This document shows, piece by piece, positions 49,191 to 63,480 of a DNA stretch of 64,000 nt; positions within the stretch are counted from its first letter, which is position 1; every line of letters starts with the position of its first letter. The translations under genes and the position numbers were made by a program. The DNA comes from Isurus oxyrinchus (lineage: Eukaryota): the NCBI GenBank assembly GCA_026770705.1, contig JANJGN010000007.1, forward strand, positions 108,996,001 through 109,060,000, read 5' to 3'. The notes beneath the pieces are model-generated. The model was given only the letters and a program-made list of their open reading frames with translations. It did no database searches and had not been told where the DNA came from.

Positions 49191-51659
49191 ATCTATTATG
49201 TAGAATGTCTTACAAATCAGTAATTAGTGCTCATTTTGTACAGTAACACTGCAAAACCTGTATGTTGATTTATTTGTCCGCTTACTGCATTCTGGCCTCC
49301 AGTATATCTGAGGTCCCTGATGCCAAACGGGTGAAGCTGAAGTCCATGTACTTGTCCGACAACCTACTGAAAGTAGTTTCAAGTTGTTGCGGGATCTACA
49401 AATATATATCTCCATATGTGAACACGTAGAATCATGGAATCCTACAGCTGAGAAGGAAACTGTAGGGCCCATTTTACCAGTGCTAACCATTTGAAAAGGC
49501 GATCCAATTATTCCCACACTTGGTTCTTTCCCTAGATCTAAGCAATTATCTCCTTTTCAAATATACATCGAATACCATTATGAAATGTAATCCATGTATT
49601 CTTCTTCCAAGCGTCATTATTGGATAACGCTAGGCTTCATTTTCTTGTTCACTTCAATGCAAGCGCCATTTGCTGCTCTACCTTTCTGTTTTGCCTTTGC
49701 TGTTTCTTCAAATATTTCTACAGAGGAAGTCAAGCAGATCTGCTTTTTTGAAATCCGTGGAGATATAACTTGTTTAGCTCAGCTTATTACAAGAACTTTC
49801 ACCCCGAAAGAGAGGGATCCCTCAAAATGTAAATAAATGCGCAACGGTTAAATTGTCATGATCTTTCAGCTAACCTAATTTTTGATTTTCTTCACTTAAA
49901 AACAATACGTTGAATAGTGGCATATCTATTTACGGCATGGAAAAGATCATTGTGTTGGCGGCTTATCAGTTCTGATTAAATGTAGACCATTAGCTCAGGT
50001 TTGTAACCGTTTAGTTTTAGCTACACTTATGTGTTACTAAATATTGACATGGCCAAATTGCTTATTCGAGTTTGGCAGAGGAAATGGTTCACTCGCCCTT
50101 CTCGAAATATTAACAGGTCATTTAGTTCTAAATTTTGCAACATATCGTGGGCGTATCCAGTGTTAAATAGCAGCAATTGTTTCGCATCGCATGTTTGAAT
50201 GTAATTAAAGCAACACTTCAGCGTTCAAAAGGATTTTCTATTTTACATCTGTCAGTGTAAATTTCCAAGCCACACTGTTGTAGCAAGTTGAAATTATTCG
50301 TCTCATGGCGGTTGTGCCACTATTACTCCACCAACTTTCATATATTACTGAAAACATTTTCCTAATTACATTGTCTGTTCCTTTCTTATTGATGCATACA
50401 CAAGCTTTAGTAAATTTAAGTTTAGATCTCCCAGACGTAATGCAATTTCATGTCCTAAAGTACTGTAGCGTTGATCTCATTGATTCAAAAATTGCAGCTT
50501 CTGCATTTTGTCTAAAATCGGCCAATAATACCCATTTCATGCAAATTCTCCATTATTCTAATCATTTTGGAAGAAGTTCGCTCGTTAAGGTTGTTCCTGT
50601 CCTCGTGTTGTATATCACAGAAATGGAGTTTGGAGACGATGAAGAAACAGGTTTGCAAAATTATATTCTGTAGCGTTGTTTTGCCGCACCGTTCCAATCA
50701 CATCCGGACATTGAGAAGAGCCAATACATGCCGATTTGTAAACTCGCAGACAAGGGACTTTCATTATGAATTCTTGCTGCCGGACATAATCCAACTGGCA
50801 GATTCATATCATAAAAAGTGGAGAGATATTTCCCGCTAAAACATTGAGGGAATACATAAGCTCTGTTGCGAAGTTTGCATTCCCTTTAGGGCAGACGCTA
50901 ATGATTATTGTACAGGTGGTTCAAAAGGTTGTGTGCAAACACCTGCACTAGCATACCGATTAGCCATGGCAAATAAAAGGCAGCGGTGGATATTTATTGA
51001 TATAGCATCCAACTTTGAATGCCAGTGAGACCATACCGTGGCTCTCTGCCTATAGGCAGATTTGCAGATTAGTCTTTAGCTAGTAATAAACAAATATGTG
51101 CAATGGAAGTGAATAAAAACGCAATTTTGAATTCCAAATTTATCAGCAGCATCGCAGACTCTAATGATTTACTCCAGAAAAATCCCGGAAGGTTGAAATG
51201 GCCGCTGCATCCCAACATTGGGTGTGAACAATCAAACCTGTCTATGATTCCTTCCTGCCAACAGCAACACTGCTAACACTCAAATTAGGGATTCGCAGGT
51301 GAATAATGAGTGAGTTTGGGCTCCAACGTGCAGCCAGCACCCTCGCAACGATATTACATTGTGAGTAAACACTTTGACGACAGCAGGAGACACAATAGAG
51401 GGTTTGTTTGGAATTAAGCAACCTGAATATTTAAATTGCTTTGTAAAATGTTTCACTTTTGTTGGCAATGAGGGTCAATATTCAAATTTTCCTGTTGTTA
51501 ACATTTCCGCTCTCTTTCCTCCGTGAAGACAGCGACTTACTGTTTGAGCCCCAACAGGTCCTTCAATCCTTAATGCTACCGCCTATTTTCTTCTCTTCAC
51601 CATTTAGTTGACAATCGCAACAGCACACATAACACAAACAGGGAAACAATTAAATCTGA

Positions 51660-52100
51660 AACGGAATTGACATACACGAGCGCGTGAATCCGATATTGGC
51701 TGATTTCAACACGCGGTAATGATGTCCTGAACGGCAAATATCTATCATTGGTGAAGTTTGGTCGGGAAGCGATTCAGGGAGCGATGGGCGAAAGTAGATA
51801 AACAAATGTCCCAATAAGACCGCGGACCGGAAACAACAACCCACGCACAGTGGGGCTGGGACAAGGTGGTGGTAACGAAATATATAGCAGAATATGCAGC
51901 AAAAGCAGAGTAGAGAACATAAAGCTCGTCCTCAGAATTTACGCTAGCGACCGCCGTTCTCCTTTCTCAAGGAGCGGTGGGTTCAGTTCTACGATGGCAG
52001 GCGCTCATGGGAGGGGAAGCAAAAGCCTGAGCCGGGCTCAGAGCCGCCAGTTTGCTAGCTGGATCTCATGTTTAAGCGGCGGCGCATTTCGTGACATTCT
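51660..52100. promoter_or_regulatory. CpG-rich promoter-like island
   Basis: CpG enrichment with ATTGG/CCAAT boxes (~51695, ~51747, ~51811), ETS CCGGAA (~51827) and YY1-like GATGGC (~51993). Confidence 0.45.
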
Positions 52101-52561
52101 TTTTAATACTCGAGGTTGAATTCAAGCTTCCATTCTGATTTATTCAAAAACGCAAATGTATCCTTTACACCCCACTTTCTAAAGTTCCAGCCATATTTAC
52201 CTATTTAACATTTCAAACGTAGCTCTTCTTCATGATACATCAAAGCCTTCAGGCCAACTGTCTCTAATTCAATTAATCCCGCAACAAACAGACAGTTATA
52301 TAGATATAGGCCGCACAATTACTCTACTTTGCAATAAATTCCAAATAGCATTATGAAAATTACTATATCTTCCTGACACAGACACGTTAAACTCCTTTGG
52401 AGGACTGGTAGTGGACGCAGACTTCAGACTGATTCAGGTTTTCGCAGGTGGCAATCAATGCTGCAAGTGTATGCCAGTGTTAGAGAGGGTAAACATTTAA
52501 ACTGCTCGATGAGATGTTAGTTAAGCGGGCTTCATTCTCCTCAGTGGCGTCAAGTTTCTTG

Positions 52562-52844
52562 AGTGTTATGGTACTGGGCTTGTAACCCCAAGATCAAGAG
52601 TTCAAATCTCACAATGGCCAACTATGATACAATGTAACTTCATCTGAATAGGAACAGATGGAAACGTGCTTGTACTCGAAAGAGTTACAATTTAAAAGGC
52701 TTGGCCTAAATAGCCAAGTGGTTATGGTACTGGGCTTGTAAACCCAAGATCAAGAGTTCAAATCTTACAAAGGCAAACTGTGAAACAATCTAACTTCATC
52801 TGAATAGAAACAGATAGAAACGTGTTTGTACTCGAAAGAGTTAC
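52562..52844 (+). mobile_element. Head-to-tail dimer of tRNA-Thr(TGT)-derived SINE (52562-52690 truncated; 52698-52844 complete)
   Basis: A box TAGCCAAGTGG, anticodon loop CTTGTAA and B box GAGTTCAAATC, followed by a conserved ~70-nt 3' region. Confidence 0.85.
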
Positions 52845-53023
52845 TGACCATTATAGAGGAAAGTATTTAGAATTTATGGCACCAAAGGAGAATGTACCAC
52901 CCGTCGTGTCGAATCTGTTGAAGCTTATAAAGCTCTAGGTCCACAGCTCTGCAGCTCACTGTTCTTTAAGTAAACATCCAAATAGTTTGTTAACGTATTT
53001 TTTGTGCCTCTAACTTTCAGATA

Positions 53024-53890
53024 GTGAGTCTTACCTGCACTTCCCTGAATTTGATCTATTGCGTTCCTGCTCCCAACGCGGCCTCCTCTGCATTGGAGAG
53101 ACCAAACGCAGACTCAGTGACCGCTTTGCGGAACATCTTCCTTTTGTCCGCAAGCATGAACCAGACCTTCTTGCCGCTTGCCATTTTAACACACCACCCT
53201 GTTCTCATTCCCACCTGTCCGTCCTTGGCCTGCTGCAATGTTCCAGTGAATCTCGACGCAATCTGGGGGAACAGCACCTAACCTTCCGACTAGGCACTTT
53301 ACAGCTTTCCAGGCTTAACATTGAGTTCAACAACTTCAGATCATGAACTCTCTCCACCTTCCTTACCCCTTTTTGATCTTCTTTTTTCAAAGATTCATTC
53401 AAAATAATATATTCTCCGCCTATTTCTATTATTAATATTTTAAGCTTATTGCCATTCACTGCTTTACCCACACCTTTTAGCCTATTTTGATCTTTTTGCC
53501 ATACCGCCCTCTCTCCCCTTCCCACCCTCACTAAGGCCATCTTTCACTTGCACATCCTGCTTCCAACTCTTAATGTCATCATTAGCACCTCCTGTAGCCA
53601 ATATCACCACCATCAACGCCCCTTCGATCTTTTGATAATTACATCCTTTGCAATCTCTCCTTTGCCTCCACCTATCATTAGTCTTCTAGCCAGACTCACA
53701 TGTCCCTCCCCTCTCAAACAATACATATTTCACCACATTTTTACTTCCATTTAGAACTGAAGAAGACTCATAGGACCTCGAAACGTTAATTCTGCCTTTC
53801 TCTCCACAAATTCTGTCAGACTTGCTGAGTTTTTCCAGAATTTTTTTTTGTTTCAGATTCCTAGCATCCACAATATTTTGATTTTATTTT
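53024..53890 (+). mobile_element. Penelope 3' fragment (GIY-YIG end plus terminal repeat)
   Basis: LLCIGETKRRLSDRFAEH..ACHFN..EQHLTFRLGTLQ..LNIEFNNFRS, near-identical to the 11129 ORF end; pLTR with ctgaagaag..ctcgaaacgtt. Confidence 0.9.
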
Positions 53891-54259
53891 ATTATCATAA
53901 GTTTCAAGTCCCTACCAGCCTCTGGGTGTAAATTACACCCCGCTGTCCCTTCTAATCCTTTGAACAATTAATTTAAATCTATACCTGCTAGTTTTTTGTT
54001 GGCCTGCCGAGGCCAATACATCATCCGCATTTATGCTATTTAAGTCCCTCCTGATTTTATAAACCTCAATTAAGTGAATCATCAACCTAATCCATTCCAA
54101 GGGAAAGAAGATCAGCCTATCCAATCTTTTCCCATAACTGCAATTTTCCAGTTCTGACATCATCCTCATAAATCTCCCTTGCACCCATCACAGTACAATA
54201 GCATCTTTCTAGCAGTGCGGCAACCATGTTCATTCTATTGACATAGGAAGAAAGAGAAA

Positions 54260-57200
54260 TAAGGTCTTACAAGTAGACTTTATGGTTTTATGCAGGAAAT
54301 TGAAAAGCCGGACTTCAAAGGTAGCAATCGCTGGATTACTCCTGCTGCCACGCAGTAGCGAGAATAGGAACAGAAGGGCAGAGCAGCCGAATGACTGGCA
54401 GGGGAGGTTGCGCAGGAGGGAGGGCTTTGATTCCTGGGGCTTGGGACAATATCTGGGGGATGTGACACCTGTTGGATGGTATTGTCGGAACCACAAAGGG
54501 ACCAATATCCTGGCGGGGAGGTTTGCTAATGGTGCTGGGCGAATTTAAATTAAATTGGTAGGGGGAGGGATTCTGAAAAGTATCTCAGAGGGGAGAGAAG
54601 CTGAGTTGGAATTAGAAGTTAAAATGCTAGTAAATGAGGCTGGAAAGCAGAGGCAACAGGCTATATGAGAAAGATGTGTGTTTAGTAAAGGCTAAAATGA
54701 ATATCTTTTTAAGGCAATGAGCCAGTGAAATAAGACTGACGACTTGAGGGCACAGATAGGCACGGGGGAGGCGGGGGCGGGGTGGTGGGGGTGGGGGAGG
54801 TATGAGGTCATAGCTAAGACAGGCACTTGGCTAAAAGGAGGGCAGGAATGGCAGCTCAACATTGCTGGTCATAGTGTATTCAGATGAGATAGTGAGGGGA
54901 ATGGAAGAGGAAGGGTTCGCAATATTGATCAAGCAATCAATTATAGCAGTTGGGAGGGGTATTGGAAGGATCATCAAATGAAGATATATGGGTAGAAGTA
55001 AAGCACACAAAAGGGGCAAACAAGATGTTCGATGTTTACTATAGGCCCCCAAACAGTCAGGGAGATATACAGGATCGAATGTGTGCTCAAATTTCAGAGG
55101 AGTGTAAGAATAACAGGACAGTAACAGGAGAGAATTTAATGTCCCAACTATTAACTGGGATGATTTTAGTGTGCAAGGTACGGAGGGAGCAACAGTCTTA
55201 AGGTGCTCCCAGGAGAACTTTTTTAGCCAATAAATAGAAAGCCTAAGCAGGGAGGGGGCAGTTATGGATATAATATTCAGAAATGAGCCTGGGCAGGTGA
55301 AAGGCATATCAGTCGAGGAGCATTTTGGAGATAGTGAGCATAACTGAGTTAGATTTAGGATAGTGATAGAAATGATTAAGTTTAGGCCGGGAATACAATT
55401 TCTAAACTGGGGAAGGCTAATTTTAGCAGGATAAGATACGAATTGGTCCAAGTGGGCGAGGAACAGCTACATCCAAAAAAAATTGTCGCCGAGCAATGGG
55501 GAGCATTCAAGGAGGAAATATTTACTGGCAAATATATTCCTGTAAAGACAGAGGATTTGGGAGGGGGTTGATGGGGTTGGGGGGATATTGTGGCGTGGGT
55601 GGAAGGTGGGTTGGGGGCCAAGTCAAGGGAACCCTGGATGTCAAGGGGCATAAAGGCTGTGATTAAGAATAAATGGTTAGCTTATGGGTGATAGGATGGG
55701 CTCAATAAGGCAGGGTCACTAGAGGAGTATAAAAAGTGCAGTGGGGGGTGGGGGGCGACGTAGAAATAAATTAGGATCATGAAGAGACTGCATGCGAATG
55801 AATTGTTTCTGAGAATAAAACAAACCAAATGTATTTTTTAGTTATATAAAGAGCAAGGGAATATCTAGATAAAGAGCAGGGCCAATTAAGGACAATACAG
55901 CATATCTGTGTTTCGACCCGGAAGGAATGAATACTTTTGCATTGGTCTTCACAATGGGGAGGACATCAAGTACAGACATCAGGGTGGAGTGCTATACAAT
56001 ATTAGAGAAAATTAACATGGAATGAGAGAGAAAGTACTGGAGAGTTCAGTGGCCTTAAAAGTGGATAAATCTGGAGGGTGAGATCAGATGTATTCCAGGC
56101 TGTTGAGGGAGGCAAAGGAAGAGATGTCAGGGGCGCTAGGAATAATTTTAAAATCTTCTCTGGCCACAGGTGAAGTGCCAGAGGGCTGGAGGGCTACTGA
56201 AGTTGTCACATTATTAAAAAACGGAGGAAAGAATAGACTAGGAAATTATAGGCTGGTCAGAATAACCTCGGTTGTGGGGAAGTTACTAGAAATAATACTG
56301 AGGGACAGAAAATACCTGCACTTGGCGGGGCATGAATTAGTCAGGTCTAGACACCGTGTCATGTTAAAGGAATCTCGTGTTTGACAAATTTGATCGAGTT
56401 TTTTGAGGGAGTAACCTGAGGTGTTGATGAGGGTAATGCATTTGATGGGATCTACTTGGGCTCTAGCAAGGCTTTTGATTAGGTCACTCATGACAAAGTG
56501 GTCAAGAAAGTGGCAGCCCATGGGGTTCAAGAGAATGTGGCACTTTGGATCCAAAACTTACCAAGAGGCAGGAAGCAGAAGGTAATGGTAGAGGGATGTT
56601 TCTGTGTCAGTGGCTTTCTGCAGGGCTCTGTGCTGGGACCCTTGCTCTTTGTGGTGAAAATAAATGACTTGGAATTAAATGTAAAGGGTATGATCACGAA
56701 ATTCATGGATTAGACTAAAATTGGTAGGACGGCAACAAGTGACGAGGATTGCCATAAACTGCAGGAGGATATCAACTGGTCAGGTGAGCAGAGTGGTGAC
56801 AAATGCAATTCAGCCCTGAAAAGTGTAAGGTAATGCACTTGGGGAGTGCTAGCAAGGCGAGGGGTTACACTGCGAAGAGTAAGACCCCGGAAAGCTCTGA
56901 AGATTAGAGGGACCACGGTGCGCATATCCACAGATCCCTGAAGGAAGCAGGGCAGTTGATAAGGTGGTTTAGAAGGCATGTGGGATACTTGCCTTTATTA
57001 GCCAAGGCGTAGAATACAAGTGCAGGGGGATTATGCTAAACTGCATAAAGTGCTGGTTTGGCCACAATTGGAGTGCTGCGTGCAGTTCTGTTCAGCACAT
57101 TCGAGAAGGAATTTGATTGCTCTGTAGAAGGCACAGAGAATATTTAATAGGATGCTGCCTGGTCTGCAGGGCCTGAGATATGTGGAAAAATTGGATAGGC

Positions 57201-57605
57201 TGGTGTTGTTTACTTGGAGCAGCGAAGCTTTAGAGGGGACCTCATAGAAGTCTATAAGGTTATGAGGTGCATAGATAGGTTGGATAGGAAGGCACTTTTT
57301 CTATTAGTGGAGGGGCCAATAACAACGCAGCATAGACTTAAAGTAAGAAGTATTAGGATGAGAGAGAAGTTGAAGAGAAACTTTATTCACCCAAAGGGTA
57401 GTTGGAGCCTGGAACTCACTGCCTGAAAGGGTGGTTGAATCAGAACCTTTCATAACAGTTAAGAGGCATTTAGGTATTCACTTGCGTTGCCATAGCCTCC
57501 AAGTATGTGGGCCAAGTGGTGGAAAATGGGATTAGTGTAGTGAGATCTTTGTTGGCCTTCGTGGACATGATGGGCCAAATGGCATCCATTGGCTGTAAAT
57601 GTCCA
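54260..57605 (+). mobile_element. Long degenerate CR1 LINE (ORF1 end + ORF2)
   Basis: GTNILAGRFA (ORF1 end), IWVEV..VYYRPPNS, NYRLVRITSVVGKLLE, QGSVLGPLLFVVKINDL, RGDLIEVYKVM; many stops. Confidence 0.9.
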
Positions 57606-57619
57606 TGAGTGTTTGAGCT

Positions 57620-60560
57620 GTACTCAAGTTGAGGTCAAACTAGTGATGCATAGAGTTTTCACATCACTCCCTGCCCTTGTTTTTATGCCTCGGCTGAAAA
57701 GGCCAAAAACATGCAACAGTCCTGCATAATCACCTTAGGTACTGCTACCTCTAAGGACCTGCAGACATAGACCCGAAGACCCCTGCTTCTCCTCACTCCT
57801 CAGCATCCTCCCATTTATTATGAATATCCTTGACTATTGAACCTCCAAGAAACCATTTCTTCACCCTTATCAGAATTTTCCCCTTTTTTGTCCAACCTGC
57901 CAAACCATCTAAAGCTCCCTGCAGCCTAAAGCTATCTACTTCACTGTCAACCACGTGACCAATTGATATGCTATCTGCAATCGTTTTTCGTATGCCTCCT
58001 ACAGTTGAACCTAAGTTATTAACGTAAACCACAAATTATAAGCGACCAAATATTGAAACCTTGAGAAATATAGCAGCAACAATCTGCCAGTCCCAAAATT
58101 ACGGGTCAAAAATAACCCTTTGCTTCCCACCACCAAGCCAATTTTGCATTCATATCCCCACTTTCCCTTGGATTCCAAGGGCTTTAACTTTTGTGACAAT
58201 CCTGCCATACAGAACCTTGCTAAAATCCTTGACAGAATGTATGTAGATTACAACCTCTGCATTGCCCTCAGCAGACCCCTCAAAAAGCTAAGCAAGTTAA
58301 TCAGGCCCGAGCTTCCTTTAACAAATCTAAGCTGGTTTTTCGTGATAAATATATGCTTTGCTGAACAAAGTTTGCACTGTGTTTTAGAATTGACTCCAAT
58401 TATTTGCTCACAGTCAAGTTTAATCTAACAGGCCTGTAATTACTCTGAATTATACCTTCCCCATTTTTAAGCAACAATGCAGCCAGACAGTCGTCCGAAC
58501 CTCCGGCACAATTCCTCTAGCTGGGAGGTTATGAGCTATCAGAAGAATCTCATAACCTGGCATTTATCTATTTAGAAAGACACTGGACGTTTCAATACAT
58601 CCTTACAATTTTTACCGCATCCGTTTTTCACTCTCTTTCTCCTTAACTACGACATTGTCATTCATCCCTTTGTCATGAAGGCATTCATATAATTCACTTT
58701 TGCTAAATTATTTCTCAGCCTATCGAAATTGGTTTCCCCCAATTTAGAACTCACCTTTTCTGATTTTATCGTTGTCCTTTTCTAGAACTATGCCAAATCA
58801 ATCTGAATTATGATCACTGGCATCTCACACTGAATCTCCGTCCACCTTCACAACTTAATGCCCTAAAAGTAAATCCAGGATTCCCTCCCTTCCCCTTCCT
58901 CCGCCTCCACCCCCTCACCCCCGCCCCGCAAATCGTACCCCCATCAACTCCCAAATCTCAGCTTGTGCTTTTCAAATTATTGCCTAAAAAAAGGCTCTTC
59001 TGAATGCAGTTCAGTAATTTTGTGCCCTCTGTACCATTACAATGATTATCCCAGCTGACATTACGTAATTGCCCACCCCCTACCAAACTCCCCACGCCGC
59101 CCCACTATTACCACCCTTTTGCCTTTGCATTTGTGAAACTTCCCCTGGAAAGTTTCTCTTCCATCGCCCTCGGCCTATTTGGAATTCTAAAGTACATTCC
59201 CAGCAATGTGATTTCCACTTTCCTGTTGTTTAGTTCAGCCCACATCGCCTCATTTGATGTTGCATCTAAAAAATCATCCCATGTCATGCTGTAATTGTTT
59301 TTTGATCATTATTTCCAGCCCACTTCCTCTTTTATCCCCTCTCTATCTCGTCTGAAATCTTTGTAACCAGGAAGGTTAACTGCCATTCCTGCCCTGCTCT
59401 GAGCCATGTTTCAATGCGGGATAAGAAATTATACTCCAAAATGCCAATCTGTGCCCTCACTTCATCTGCCTTATCCATTGCCCTCCTTCCATTTAGTTAT
59501 GTTACAATAGGCACAAGCAGATTTTTTTGGGCAACTTTTTTTAGTTTCACTTCCAATCCCTCTTGTTTATTTTCCAGTTTGTTAATCTATGCTCAACTTC
59601 ACAGCCCCATGCCTATCAAGCGCAATCCACAACAACATCACCCCCACCCCCGCCCCACGACCACCACCCCCACTTCTGCTCCCTCCCACCAGCAGTACTA
59701 ACAAAGCTGCTGGTAAGAATATCAGTCTCAGTCTCTGCCCTTTTCCGGTACAATATAAACAGCCTGTACAAATACTATTTTCCATATAAACGGTCCTAAT
59801 GCCCCAAGAATCTAAAAGACATCTACCTACACCACCTCTTCAGCCATGCATTAGCCTGCTCTTTTCTTCTATTTCTGTGCATGGCACTTGGACGAAGCCC
59901 GAGAATACCATCTTTGATGTGCTACTTCTTAATCTTTTTCCTAACTTCTCAAAATCTGCCTAGAGGATCTCAACCATTTTTCTTTCTGTATTGTTGGCAG
60001 CATTATAGAGTTGTTCACCCTGCCCCTCAGTATCTTGTACAACCACTCAGTGACATCCTAGACGCTGGCATTAGGAAAGCAACATACCATTCTTGAATCA
60101 TGTCTGCTGACACAGAAGCGCCTGTCTGTTCCCCTGATTTTCAAAAATCCTGCAACTAACTCTCTCTTTACATTTCACAGACTGCCCTTCACCGCTGAAT
60201 GACCCAGCGGAATACTCTCCACCATCAGCATTGAGAACCTAGCACTACTGAGAAAACAAGATGCTCTCATGGGTTTCCTGAACTATCTGCTTGCTTATTT
60301 TTGCCTGCCTGATAAGCACCCCGGCTCTCTATGACCACACCCATGTGCAGCCACCTCCAGGAACATGCTAACCAGGAAACACACATCATCACAGCTGGAG
60401 CACAATGAACAAAGCTGCTGCTCAACCTCCCAAACCTGGAGCCTGAGGCCCTGTAGCTGATGACACTTCCTATATCTGTGGTTTTCCGGAACATGGAAAG
60501 AGTTTTGGAATTCCCACATGGTGCAGAGAGGAAATGAAAACTGCAGCACACCCAGGGATT
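57620..60560 (-). mobile_element. Degenerate CR1 LINE(s), opposite orientation
   Basis: VYVNNL...IADS..IG.VVDSE.DSFRLQ (RT) and ORF1-like FCSLCSSCD / CTMWE segments on the minus strand. Confidence 0.7.
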
Positions 60561-60879
60561 CAACGTATGGAATTCCTGTCATGTAACATTTTGTTCCCTT
60601 TTCGCATTGTTGGAAACTGGAATATGTCTCTCCTGGGCCCGACTGTCTCTCTCCAATTAAATAATCGGGTCCGAGCCAGGGCATTGATTTATTCTCTAAC
60701 AATTGGACTCAATTCCTCCCAGGTCAGCAGCTGCTATGACTCTGTCTCCAGACGAGTGATTTTCGCCATTCCTGGTTACCTTTTGTCATCTTCCGCTGTC
60801 CCTGCTTCCTCCCAGTTCGACTGCAGCTCCCGACCCTCGTTCTAGTTGTGTATTCATCAGACTCTTTACTTGTGTATCC

Positions 60880-63480
60880 AGATGGCGGGCATTCTCTGGA
60901 AAAAGAAGGGGTGAGTCATTGGCAACAAAAAACCAAGCATCTGGCCTGCTCTTGTAGCCACAGTGTCGACTTGGCTTGTCCACCTATGTCAATGGCGGCA
61001 GCTCAGGCCTTGGTGGTAAAGAACATAGCGATGGCAATGCTGTTGAAACTGAAAAAAGAGATGGTTAAATGGTCATTGTCTGGCATTTGTGTCAAACCTG
61101 AATATTGTCCAATACTTGCTGCATGCGGGCACCAACTGCATCTGGTGAGTTGTGAATAGAACTGAACACTACAATCATGATCAACCATCCTCACTTTCGA
61201 CTTTGTGATGGAGAGATTCTCAATTATTACTATTCATTCATGGGGTTGTGAGCATCTGTGGCATGTCCAAAATTCCTTGCTCATCCTTATTTCACTTTAC
61301 CATATGATCTTAAACTGCTCCAGTCAATGATCATACAGCTGATGATGTTTAGCCACAGGACAAATAGCTGAGTAATATTTTCAGTATGTACTTAGGCTAT
61401 AATGAGAGATTTTCAAAGACCACAACTACGTTTCTTTGCTTCAGGTATGACCCCAGTCAGTGCCGAAATTTGAGGGTCTTCAATTTTTCTTGCGCCCTGT
61501 GATTCCATATTCGTTCAAATCCTGCTTTGTTCTCAAGGTAGCAACTCACAGCTCTCCTCTGGAATTCACATTTTTGTCTATGTTTGGACCAGGGCTGTAA
61601 TGAGATCCAGAATCGAGTGGTGTTGGATGAATACAAACTGAACATTAGTGAGCAGGCTATTGGTGAGTAAGTGCCACTTGTCAGAGCTGTCCATGGCACC
61701 TTCCATTATTTTAATGATAATTCAGAGTACACTTATGGACGCTGGTGGGGACCCGTGAGGGTGAGGTAATGACTTACAAGAATCGATTTTTTCGTTTTTT
61801 TCACGGACAAAAAATACTTGTCTATTTTTGCAGTTTTCAAGGTCGATTTACTGTTGCAGCTGTATTGGAACAATTGGGCTAACTATGTGCTTATTTTCAA
61901 TTTCTATCTTCAGCAGCAGAGCCGCGGTGATGTTGAGTGCCATGGTCCCTATGTATCTAATGCATTCAATCATTTCTTGACATCAAGTTGAGTGAATCTA
62001 ATTGGTTGAAGAGCAACTGCTGCGATGGTGCAAACACCAGGAGGAGGGCAAGGCGGACCATGTGATTGACATTCCTGGCTGAAGATAGTTGCAAATGATT
62101 CAATCTCGTCTATTGCACTCAACTGTTGGGCTCTGCCATCAGTATGGATGGAGATGTTCTTAGTTAGTTTCTGTTAGTTGTCTAGCTGACCAGAATCATG
62201 CATGGCTGGATGTGCAGCTCCTACAGAGCTTCGATGTAGTCCATTGGTTATGGTGACGCTTTTCAAAGTCTATAGCATGCTGCATCCGTTGTTCAGCATG
62301 TCCATAGCTTGTTTTCTAGTTTCCCCAAGTTGGCATCACAGTTTTAGGAACACCTGAGTTGCTATTCTAAACTCTGCATTGAACCAGGTGTGATCCCCTA
62401 GCATGGTGCTAATGACAGAGTGAGGGGTATTGTGGGCCACGAAATCAGAGGCTATGGTGGGACACAAATTTGCTGCTGTGGATAATACATGGATGTCCTC
62501 ATGAATATCTAACTTTGAACTGCCATATTCGTTCTGAGTCTATCCTATTTAGCGCAATCTTATTGTTACACAAGACAATGGACGATATGCTTAATGTGAA
62601 GATGAGGCATTACCCTAACATTTGCAATGACTACTCTGACCTGAGCAGATGCATTTATAAAAGGTAGATTAGTGAGGAAGAGGTCAAGTAGAATTTTCCT
62701 CTTGTTGTTCTTAGCACCACATGTCACAAGTCAAGTCTGGTAGTTATGTCCTTTAAGTTTCAGTAGTGGTGCTGTCGTTCAGCTCTTGTTGATGAACATT
62801 GACATGCCCCACGTAGAGCACATTATCTGCCCTGGCAGCCCTCAATGTTTGCTCCAAGTTATGTTAAACCTGAAGGAGTACTGATAAATCAGCTGAGGGA
62901 TGGTGGTAGAACAGCATATTACCTTGCCACTGTTTGATCTGATTTCATGAGACAACCTTGACTCTAGGCTCCAGTATTAAAGAATCTAAGGTCCACTCGG
63001 CCCCCACTGTACCATTGCACTGCGACTTATTGTGTTTCCATTCTGCCAGCGAGAAAGTATGCACTTGAGAATGATGATGGAAGCACATGAGACTTGGGAT
63101 GATAGATATGTTCCTCTAACTATGACCTTGTCAGGGTATGGATTCATTAGTCTGTGGGACAGCTTTTCAACTTTTGGCACAATTCCTCAGATATTACTGA
63201 AGAGAACTGTACTTCCGACTGGGCTAATTGTGCCTTTCTCAGGTCCCAATGCAATGCCTAGTTCTAAGCCTAGTCTTGTTTTATTGGTACTGCACTGCTT
63301 TTTTTGGCAACTGAGTGACTCGCTGATTTGATACCACTGAGTGACTCGCTGATTTGATACAACTGAGTGAATCGCTGGTTCATTTCAGACGGCTGTTAAG
63401 ACACAACTACATTGCTGCGATTTTGGAGTTACATTTAGGCCAGAACAGGTGAGGAAGTCATATTTCGTTTCTTGAAGCGT
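60880..63480 (-). mobile_element. Degenerate LINE of the second CR1-group family plus associated SINE tail
   Basis: Minus-strand RT remnant (..LENKAGFERIWNH, cf. LDIKAAFDRVWH); similar to 14990-16980. Confidence 0.7.
63308..63377 (+). repeat. 26-bp tandem repeat x2.7
   Basis: c(a/c)actgagtgactcgctgatttgata repeated. Confidence 0.9.

Noticed and set aside
50621-50650. 30-nt AG/GT-bounded mini-exon (EMEFGDDEET)
   Set aside because: It lies beyond the poly(A) signal, and the homologous paralogue sequence (~2727-2760) lacks both splice sites.
52640-52690. Hammerhead in the SINE 3' region (ctgaata..gaaac)
   Set aside because: The core reads CUGAAUA rather than CUGANGA and stem II does not form at the required position.
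52698-52775. Functional tRNA-Thr gene
   Set aside because: Acceptor and anticodon stems are mismatched, and it is fused to a constant 3' region with TSD-flanked copies, so it is a SINE.
63308-63377. CRISPR-like repeat
   Set aside because: Contiguous units with no spacers in eukaryotic repeat DNA; a simple tandem duplication.
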